Shown here: positions 50,819 through 59,388 of the stretch, piece after piece
Position numbering within the stretch: the stretch's first letter is position 1
How the letters are laid out: each line of letters begins with the position of its first letter
Assembly: GCA_016748015.1 (NCBI GenBank)
Contig: JAAOMT010000200.1
Span: forward strand, 1 to 59,388
Length of the DNA: 59,388 nucleotides
Reading direction: 5' to 3'
Origin: Geosiphon pyriformis uo1
Taxonomy: Eukaryota; Fungi; Glomeromycota
Made by a program: the position numbers and the translations under genes
Notes under the pieces: generated by a model
What the model saw: only the letters and a program-made list of their open reading frames with translations
What the model was told of the DNA's origin: nothing
Databases searched by the model: none

Positions 50819-53103
50819 AAAAAAAACTCTTTGTCTCCTTAATTTTATGACCATGATCAGAACAAAGAGTAAAAAGGCTGTACCTGATATCTGTCCTAAG
50901 ATATCTAATAAAATTTCAACCAGAAGAGCTCTTTCTGTTGTAGAAGCAACTAGGCAAAACATTTTAGAAGCCTTCCCCTTACCCAGTAATCGTGAAAAGC
51001 TGTCTTTGGTAGCCACTGAATCAACTTCCTCATCTTTGGCTGGTTTTTTACCAGTCAAAATTCCTTCAAAGAGACACACTTGGGTTAGTCCCAGTGTTGC
51101 CTCCACCCCGACTAAGAGCCCAAAAGTTTTTAATAATAGACCAGTAAATAAGCTGGTCTTCCCCTCTATAGACTCAACATCTGGTGCTTTTGGTACCACC
51201 TCTTCAAAAAAAATGGTCAAAAAGACCAAAAGTTCAGAAAAGTGAGAGCAGTCGCTTGCCTCTGCTATTGTTACACCGAACCCCTTTGTGGTTCCCAATG
51301 AGATCTTAGATGAGATTTCAGTAGCATCATCTGGCACGTCATCCAAGATGGGCCAAGATCAACCACTGGCTGTGTTGCCAAATGTGGTGTTTTCCAGCAG
51401 ATTATCGCCAGTTTTAGAAGCAAAACAATCTCCTCCTGTTGAGTCACCTGTTCTTAGGAACTGGGCTGATCAAATGGAAACTGATTTATCTCCTCCTCTA
51501 GTTTCTGGTGCTACTTTTGGTGGTGTTTGGGAAACTATTACTAGTTGTTAAAGGTTTGCTGGATGAATGGCCTTCACTCTGGTGCCTGGTGCTACTTTTA
51601 AGATCAAATTGGCTCATGTTAAAACTGTTTTTCAGTCTGTGCATGGTTTTTTGGGTGCTAAATCTGTTTCAAAAGACAATGTGAAGCTTTTTTGTGTGGA
51701 GTTTGCTTCTCAACAGTCTTTGGAAGCTGCGTTTCTGGTTGAGCTTACAAGCTCTATTCATTTGGTCACTCTCAAAATTGCCAAGTCTTTGGTGGTTTCT
51801 GAATTTGGTTCCTCTTCTGCTGTTGTTGCACTGCGTGATGTACCTTTGGGTGTGTTTGCTGCTGACATTAAGTTGGCTTTCAGTGTGTTTGGTAGTGTCA
51901 CTCATGTTGTGCTGAAGCCTGCTGGCATTTGGCAGTATGTGGTGGTTTATTTTGAAAAGTTGGACTCTGCTGTGTTTGCCTTGAAGCATTGGTCAATCTT
52001 GGTGGACAAGGATAGTGTTAGAATCCTCCCTCTGGTGAATCAAAATGAGACTATTTTGTTTCGTGATAAGTTTAAGGCCAAATTGGTCAACTTTCCCTCT
52101 GGCTGTACTGCCTTTGAAATCAGTGATATGATTTCTCAGATTGGTGGTCGAACATGTTTCATCCCTCGTTCTCCTGATTCTGGTCATCGTTCCCAGTTTG
52201 CTTTGGTTACATTTGACTCTCAAGGCAATTTAGATTTTGCTGTAGTCAAGACTGGTACTCTAAGGAAATGTCATATCTGGTGGGAAACTTTTGGCTACCA
52301 GTGCTGCTTTAGGTGTCAAGAAATAGGCCATCTGGCTGCGGATTGCAAGATTTCCCCACCTTCCACTCTCAAGGTTCTCAAGGTTTTCAAGTCTCGTTTT
52401 GTGGGTTCTGCTTCATATGCCAAGACTGCTGCTCCTTTTGATCTTTCTGAGTTTCCTCTTTTAGTGGCTTCTTCAGCTGCTTCTGCTGCTGATCCTGCTG
52501 TTAGTTCCAGATTGGACTCTTTGGAAAAGCAGATTTCGGATCTGGCTGCTCTGGTTAAGTCTATTGTTGAGCCTGTTAGTTCTTTGGTTGCTTTGGTGTC
52601 TCGTTTTCTTGATAATAATGCCATTAAGACTGTTCAGGTTGAGAAAAATATTGTTTCCATGAAAAGTACTGCTAACAATTTTTCTAACCTCATGGTTGGA
52701 GTTTCCAAGGACATTGCTTGTCTTAGATCTGAGGTTGACTTTGGTGATATGGATTATGATGGTGTTCTGGCTGCTAAGCCTTCTTTTTTGAGTAAGGACA
52801 CTATTGAGTGTGTTATTGCTTTGTGGCGAATGTCTGGTGCTAAAACCAGAGGCAATATTAAGTCTACTAGATTGTTTCTTAGTGAGTTTATTTTTGACTC
52901 TAGGAATCTGAATGGTATCATTGAGAGAATTTGTGAGTTGGGGTTATTCTCACCTACTTTTGATTCAGCATAGTGAGTCTTTGATTAGGCCAAGTGTCTG
53001 ATCACATGTAGAAAATGCATAATTTACACTTATAAGTAATTCCTGCTGTGGTATTATAGTTTAGGTAGTATTTAGGTCTTGCTTGTTAAAATATAATAAT
53101 AAA
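50819..53103 (+). mobile_element. Non-autonomous ORF1-only LINE-like element (HAL1-like, 2285 bp)
   Basis: 12-bp TSD AAATTAGATTAG (50807-50818, 53104-53115); single ORF1-like frame; LINE 3' UTR and A/TAA tail immediately after the stop; no ORF2 sequence seen. Confidence 0.88.
50847..52973 (+). pseudogene. ORF1-like protein of the non-autonomous element (708 codons, 3 in-frame stops)
   Basis: ORFs 50847, 51288 and 51567 share one frame. RRM-like VALRDVPLGV...AFSVFGSV and RDKFKAKLVNFPSG...GGRTCFIPR; CFRCQEIGHLAADC; coiled coil RLDSLEKQISDLAAL. Confidence 0.85.
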
Positions 53104-53347
53104 AAATTAGATTAGTACTTCTTATTATTAATAATTTTTTATTTTTATTTTCTAATAATATTATAAAATTGCTTGAAATTATTAAAATATTTAATATTAA
53201 CTTTAATATATATAAATATTATTTTTTTTAAATATTAACAATATAATTTTTGTTATTATAGATATATAATATTGTTTTAATTAATTTAAGTAACTAGTTA
53301 TATGTAAAAGATATATAATTTATATCTAATTTAGATTACTTAGTTTA

Positions 53348-56300
53348 TTTTTTATTATTGATACATTTATTAAGTAAAGTCTAATTGCTATCTAATATAT
53401 AAAACTAAATTAAGTGGTTCAAACTAAATATAATTTACACACTTACTACATGTGGCTAACTACTTAGACCAAATAAAACAATACTACACACTTATATAAA
53501 CATATGTATTATTATCCAATTCTAAAAAGAAAAGACATAATTTACAATAACCAAAACTAATAACAAAAGACTCAATAATACCAAGCAATTTAATCATACT
53601 ATCTAAAAGCACAAACATTATACTACAAGACAATTCTAATACTATACTATTATTCTTAACTAAACTAGTCTTTTCCATATATACTCTATGTTTGAATTTT
53701 ACCAGCTATATTTTAGAATAATATAATTTTACCAAATATTTCACATACTTAATGATAATAAAGGCAGTTTTTTTTTCTCTATTGAAAATTCTAACAGTCT
53801 TTGTATACCAATTTCTTAACACAAATCTTTTACAAACCATTACATATAGGTCTATATTTAAGGAACACTAAGAAAGTATCTGCAAAACAGCAGAAAAAAA
53901 CAGATTATGAATACTCACCAAGACAATTCAATATATAAACACCTCTGCCAAAATTCTCTTTTAAACATTAACATTCCAAACACAAATAGAAACATAATCA
54001 AAAAACTTCATCTCACTACACAATAAACATAGCACATCAGAATACTACTTATTATATAATCTCTTTTTAGCTATTACTGATAACCATTTATACACAGCTT
54101 TTATTAAATACATATGCAAATTGGAAGGCTTTTAACTGGTAAACCCAAAGAGCATATGTGAATTAAAATATCACATCTTTGTAGTAGCAGTCCAATTCAC
54201 ATTTTTTATCAACATATTTGGAATCATATCATAGTCAAGACCAGTTTCTTAACAAATACAACAAATAGATCTAAACAAATATCTAACAAAATAATGGGCA
54301 TTGTCAAACACAATAGTGTTTTTAGCAACCAAGAAATGTTTTTGCATTTTTATTGGCAAAAAAAAAATAAGTGGTTACACCTGCTATAGTATTAGTCTTT
54401 ATATTAACAGGAACTTCCAAATGATCTTTATTCTTACTTAGCTCACAGTAAGATTCTTATCCCTAATCAGATTAGCAATATGTCTTTTTTTTATTCAACA
54501 ATAATTATAAAAGTCTGGTATAGCAAACAATATCTTAGACACATATGCATCAATAGCAGCTTGGCTGTCAAAGTACAAAATCACTGCATAGGAAGAAGAA
54601 ATATACTTCAAAGACAAAGCAACAGTCTATAATTTGGCCATAATGGAAGACAAAAGTCTATGTACCCTAATACCAACATTTATGTTTACAACAAGAAAAT
54701 ACACAACTGCCCTATTAATTATATTAGTAAAACCAACATTTTTCAATGAACCATTTATATAAACATCAAATAAATCAGACCAAATCTTATGTAAACCACC
54801 CCAAATGTCAGAAAACTTCTAAGATTTTAAAATGTTTAAGCTTAGCAACCAATTAATCTTAGTAAAATTACTTAACAAAAAACCTCTATCATGCAAAAAT
54901 TTTAATATAAACTTAAACTAATAAAACACAAAATCTCTAGAATTTAATCTTTTATATTAACAAAAAGTCTTTTAATTCATTATACTACCTTTTTTATTAA
55001 AAAGTCTATTATCAAAAACAACTCCAAAGCATTTCAAAAAATAAACAAAACTAAAATACAAAATTTTTTCCAAAATTATTAACATAAAAAAATTACCAGA
55101 ACTACAAAAAGCATTGGAAAGATTGTTTATCAAAGACAACTCATTGTCTAAAAGAATTTTTATTACTTTAACCAAAAAATTGTTCACTGAATTAACATAT
55201 AATTTGATAAAAAATTACAAAGAATTTAGAAAAGTCCAACTCATAATCTGCAAATCCAAGAATTTATAATTAAATAAATATTGTTATGGGTAAATGTAAT
55301 AGAGTAGGGAAATAGTAATATTTGGTGCTCTCAATTATTGATAATATATGTTTTGCATAATTCTGTTGACTTAATCTTAGTTATTAGTCTCTAAAAATCT
55401 TATCTACTGGTTGTGAATTTACTCATCAAGTTCTTTGACTATAAGGTACAAAGATTTGGCTTTTGTCAATTGCAACTTCTTATAAATGTAAACTATCTTC
55501 TTCGAGCTAATGAGTGCAGTTATTAGGGTCTGGCAGTGTCTTTTCATTCTTTTGGTAAGCTACCAAGATAATATTAATATTCAAAACTTAAAGAAAGCTT
55601 TCTTCTTTTACCAAGCTATTACAAAGTCTATTCTCAGACAGTCAATTTTACTATGTTGCCACTCCACAAAAAATAAAAAAAAGAAAAAAAAAAAGAAAAA
55701 AAAAAAAGAAAAGAATTAGTATTGTCAATTGCCATGATTAAGAGCAATTGGTCTAAATTATTAATGATTTGAGACAATTATGCTAAGAACATCTGTCTTG
55801 GAATAGAGGTATAAAACAATGACTTGATTTAATTTGAACATAAAAGTTCTGAAAACATATATTTGTGGATTTGATTTTGAATAATTGATTTATTTCGAAA
55901 TCTGAGAGCAGATAAAAGATAATAAAGAATAAAAGAATTGCTTCTTGTTTAATAGTTTGTATCTAGAAATTTGTTTTTTCTACTTTCTTCAACTATTCAT
56001 TTTTATATATTCTTTTGGTTTTACAGGATTGCTTTTTGACTGTTCTATTATTGCTAACTATTACTTTGTTATTTTTGTAATTGTTTTGTTCTTCTATGTT
56101 ATTACTAGTTATTCTATATTATAATATGTTATCTGGTATTATTACATATTATTTTGTGTTATCTCATGTTATAATGTGTTATCCTGTGTTATCTTAAGTT
56201 ATAATGTATTATTCAATGTTATTGCATGCTATTCTGTATTATGTTATATTTTGGTTACATTTTTTCATAACTTTGAATCAGTTTTTCTACTCGGATAACA

Positions 56301-56547
56301 ACATTTAAAAATGCCCAAAGCATTAAAAAAAGAGATTAAGGCAGTTAATTTTTCTTTAAACTGCACTTGCTTAAACAATTTTAGATCATACAAAGAAAAA
56401 TGATACAAGGGTTTATTAGGAAAATCACAAGACAAATAGGCTTTAGACTTGAAGTTTTTCCTAATCATAACATTTTATTTGTGGCATACACTTAACAAAA
56501 CAAAACTAAACTGGATTCTATAAATGACTATAGACTACAAAGCAGCT
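53348..56547 (-). mobile_element. LINE-E, 5'-truncated, eroded, interrupted by a solo LTR
   Basis: 14-bp TSD GATTACTTAGTTTA at 53334-53347 and 56548-56561; 3' UTR similar to LINE-C; ORF2 remnants 53484..53678, 54972..55187 and 56265..56468. Confidence 0.88.
55282..56300 (-). mobile_element. Solo LTR (1019 bp) in LINE-E
   Basis: TG..CA termini; TSD ATAT/ACAT; ~10-bp tandem repeats at ~56095-56250; conserved core hairpin 55726-55750. Confidence 0.88.
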
Positions 56548-56888
56548 GATTACTTAGTTTAATATATTATATTAGATTGTATTTAAATCTTACTTATTAA
56601 ATAAATAAATAAAAATTATTTGGTTATTGGTTTAATATTATTAATATTAAGTTTTTTTAACTGTTAAAAAGTTTTTAACAATAATTAGAAATTGTTTTAA
56701 GTTTAAATTTAACAAAAAATTTTTTTTAGTTATTGTTTAATTATATTAATAAATATAATAATTAATTATTATTTTTTTTCGTTGATCCTCTGGTCACAAC
56801 AAGAGCTTTGAGTCATCACTGAAATAGCCTTTCTTTTCCCTTTTCCCTTCACATTTCTCCAGTTATTTCTTCAGACATTCCCCTTTTT

Positions 56889-58850
56889 GTGGCTATGAAA
56901 CTGGTGAACTTTGCTGCTGATGGTTCTGGGTCCATTTCGGCTGAGTTGGGGACCCGGTCTGGTGTCAAAAATAAGTGTTCGGTTGGTCCTCAATCTCGCG
57001 GTGCGTCCTATAAGAAGCCAAAGAAACCTGTGGCGGTTGACGGTTTGGTGGAGTCGTCTGCTGGTGTCTCGAACGTTATGGATGAAAGTGGTAACGGACC
57101 TAATATTGGGCAATTGTGGGCTAGTGAGATCAACAGCAAAGTGGACAGCATAAGTGGCGTCTCGGACTTGGATAACTTGGAAAATGTTGTCGTTGAGGAA
57201 ACTAGCTATGCAGAGTCGGATGTTTCAGGTTTGGATGACGACATGAACGATGCCACGCCAAGGAAGACACATACCTGCACCTATGTTCTGAACAGTAAGC
57301 CGCCACCTCTCTCTTTCAACGTGCTAAGTGATGGTGAAGACACTCTGCCTCTTCCAAGTCCTAAATTTTGTGGGTCCAATCACCTTCCTCCAGTCGGGTC
57401 ACGTGCTCCAGAGAAATGGAGTTTTATTTTGTCAAAATTGTTTGCATTGGATATTGAGCTATCTGCCGTTTCTGGCAAAACTATTGGTAATAAGTTGGTT
57501 TGTGTGAAAAAAATTTTTTATCAGGTTGATGGTTTTGGGGGGGCTTCAACTCCCTCAAAATTTCCTGGAATAATAAGGTCATCATTTACATCTGAAAAAA
57601 GTTTGTTTAAGGCGAGGGAAATGGCAATCAGTGAAAAAATATTGGTAAATGATGATTTAAGAAAAGTAAACAGCCATTCAGATTGGGAGGTAATCGTCAA
57701 GGAAATCCCAGTAAATCTTCCCAAATCGGCAATTGAGGCAGTGTTTTCCAAGTTTGACAAGATTGTTTCAATTAAAGTGCAGCTTATTGGTCTTTGGCAA
57801 AAGGCCCTAGTGGAATATGAATCATCTGAGATGGCTGATTTGGTCGCAGCTAGATGGTTTGTGCTCATGGGAAAGGATTCTGTCTATGTGGCAAAGGCAA
57901 ATATTGATAAACAAATGTGGGTATCGAGAGATCAGCATCGGGCTTTGCTCTATACTCTTCCAGTTGGCACCAATGCTTATGATCTCTCCAGTTTGTTGGA
58001 ATCATATGGTGGAAAGACTTGTTATATTGGCTGTAACCCTAGTTCATATGTTTGTGATAGATGTGCTGTAATTTGTTTTGGTGATGAGGCATCCAAGTTG
58101 GCTGCTATTGGTACCGTTCCAGTTTTCAGAAATGTGAGTTTGCATTGGGCTGGTCTTTCTTTGGCCAGTTGTGCTTGTTGTAAACAATTTGGTCATGTTT
58201 CGGTCAACTGTTCCTTGGGTGAGTATTCTGGTGTTCGAGGAAGGAGGGTGGTTTCTGAGCAAGATCGGGTTCGTCTAGCTGGGATATATAAAAGGAAGTT
58301 GGCCCCTGTTGCTCATCCAGTTTCTTTTGGTGGAAAGACGTGGGCCCAAGTGGCAGGCCATTCTCCCTCTCGTGTTGTCTCTTTAGGTGCTCCTGATGTC
58401 AGTTTGGTCTCTGGTTCGAAGGCTTTCTCAATGGATTCCTCCTCATCTGGTGCCGCTGATCTAGGTGGTTGCCTAGCTGTGCTGAAACGCTCCATGGAAA
58501 TTCTCGCATACCAAGTCTCACTCATTTTAAAGAAATTAAGTTTTATTGACTTGGTGCCATTGGCGCCTTCTCCCTCAGCTCTTCCTTTGGTGTCTTCAAC
58601 TGCCGTTGTTTCAGATATGGATTCAGGTTTGGATTTGGATAGCATGTTGTTGTTGTCTGTCTCTTCTTCTTCCAATGTTGGTGGGTCAGTTGTTGATTTC
58701 AGTCCGAGCAGTTCTAAGGTTTTGACTGCCAAGATTGGTGGTTTGGAGTCAAATATGATGGCTCTTGAGGCTTCAGTTAGCTCAGTCTTGGATAGATTAG
58801 ATTATCTGCATTCTGGATCGGGTTCGTTGGCTTTTCTTCCATCTCAATGA
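56889..58850 (+). CDS. LINE-F ORF1 nucleic-acid-binding protein (RRM-like, CCHC, coiled coil), intact
   Basis: 653-aa ORF (GTG at 56889, first ATG 56895); CACCKQFGHVSVNC. Confidence 0.9.
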   Translation: MAMKLVNFAADGSGSISAELGTRSGVKNKCSVGPQSRGASYKKPKKPVAVDGLVESSAGVSNVMDESGNGPNIGQLWASEINSKVDSISGVSDLDNLENVVVEETSYAESDVSGLDDDMNDATPRKTHTCTYVLNSKPPPLSFNVLSDGEDTLPLPSPKFCGSNHLPPVGSRAPEKWSFILSKLFALDIELSAVSGKTIGNKLVCVKKIFYQVDGFGGASTPSKFPGIIRSSFTSEKSLFKAREMAISEKILVNDDLRKVNSHSDWEVIVKEIPVNLPKSAIEAVFSKFDKIVSIKVQLIGLWQKALVEYESSEMADLVAARWFVLMGKDSVYVAKANIDKQMWVSRDQHRALLYTLPVGTNAYDLSSLLESYGGKTCYIGCNPSSYVCDRCAVICFGDEASKLAAIGTVPVFRNVSLHWAGLSLASCACCKQFGHVSVNCSLGEYSGVRGRRVVSEQDRVRLAGIYKRKLAPVAHPVSFGGKTWAQVAGHSPSRVVSLGAPDVSLVSGSKAFSMDSSSSGAADLGGCLAVLKRSMEILAYQVSLILKKLSFIDLVPLAPSPSALPLVSSTAVVSDMDSGLDLDSMLLLSVSSSSNVGGSVVDFSPSSSKVLTAKIGGLESNMMALEASVSSVLDRLDYLHSGSGSLAFLPSQ

Positions 58851-59388
58851 GTAGTTTGGTTTGGAAATTTGCTACGTGCAATGTTCGGGGTATCAATGTT
58901 CCTGCGAAACAAGTGGATGTTGTTTGTTGGCATGTGAGCTCGGGAAATATGGTTTCTTTTATCACTGAGACTAAGTTGAGGTTCTCTTCTGGGCCATGGA
59001 TAAAGGATAAATTTGATGGAGTACAAATATTTTCTTCTGGCTTGGATAAGAGTTTCATGGGTGCTGGGGTTGCGATTGTTATGAACACTTCTTTGGCCCG
59101 TCATGTATCTAAGGTGGAGGAGATTCCTGGTCGGGTTATTTCTGTTCAGCTCCTGTTTAAGGGCAAGCTCTCGGTTACTGTTTTGGGGTTGTATGCTGGT
59201 GCCTCCTCTGGGGCTAGATTTGGTCAGGCTTCTGAAGTTAACACCCTCATTGCAAAGGCAGTCAACTCCAGCAATTTTGTTATCTTGGGTGGGGACCTTA
59301 ATGAGAATGGATCTGGTAGAAGTGCTAGTTTCAAGTTTTGTTTGAGTTTAGGTTTGGTCAATTCATTTGTTGGTCATCATTTGGCTAA
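58847..59388 (+). CDS. LINE-F ORF2 N-terminus (APE endonuclease), partial
   Basis: ATG overlaps the ORF1 TGA (ATGA); MSSLVWKFATCNVRGIN...ETKL...GGDLNE. Confidence 0.9.
   Translation, partial: MSSLVWKFATCNVRGINVPAKQVDVVCWHVSSGNMVSFITETKLRFSSGPWIKDKFDGVQIFSSGLDKSFMGAGVAIVMNTSLARHVSKVEEIPGRVISVQLLFKGKLSVTVLGLYAGASSGARFGQASEVNTLIAKAVNSSNFVILGGDLNENGSGRSASFKFCLSLGLVNSFVGHHLA

Larger units (their letters stand above)
1344..56615 (+). mobile_element. Ancient fossil LINE, now in ~9 AT-rich segments separated by nested insertions
   Basis: Collinear decayed motifs in order: 5' UTR and ORF1 start ~1344-1700; ORF1 RRM/CCHC 18700-20280; APE start ~20280; RT (TNTRPIALIE-like ~21925, TDFGL at 22239); post-RT 30477-30831; RNase H (YTDGSL-like ~49775, LDSQ 49962); zinc knuckle ~50490; stop ~53267; 3' tail 53270-53347 plus 56562-56615. 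Confidence 0.8.
56771..59388 (+). mobile_element. LINE-F, young element running off the window end
   Basis: 5' end tcgttgatcctctggtcaca resembles the LINE-C 5' end tcgtcgatcccctggccaca; intact ORF1 and open ORF2 start. Confidence 0.92.

Noticed and set aside
56548-56615. + strand LINE tail abutting the 5' truncation of LINE-E, suggesting twin priming by two RNAs
   Set aside because: The 14-bp TSD shows LINE-E simply inserted into the 3' UTR of the fossil LINE; the other half of that UTR is at 53270-53347.

Overview
This window has no recognisable host genes. It is a eukaryotic, probably fungal, retrotransposon nest; the repeat proteins remind me of Glomeromycotina (Geosiphon-like) repeats, but that is recollection and not a search. 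Read with target-site duplications (TSDs), almost the whole window resolves into one ancient, AT-eroded + strand LINE (~1344-56615) split by younger insertions. These are five - strand LINEs of APE-RT-RNaseH-zinc knuckle type (A-E), a 56-bp LINE tail, a solo LTR, and a 2.3-kb TSD-flanked element that encodes only an ORF1-like protein joined to a LINE 3' tail. Two ~10-kb Ty3/gypsy elements sit inside LINE-A and LINE-D; their order is gag, protease, Cys-rich domain, dUTPase, RT, RNase H, a separate integrase ORF and an extra ORF3. Two more solo LTRs sit inside Gypsy-2 and LINE-E. A young LINE (F) runs off the right edge. All copies show graded C>T/G>A decay. Main signals: the ORF1-only non-autonomous LINE; 4-bp gypsy TSDs that reconstruct to a central CpG; a U5 hairpin that would sequester the primer-binding site in four LTR families; and a covarying hairpin with a palindromic loop. 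There is a 957-N assembly gap at 25686-26642. All alignments were done by eye.
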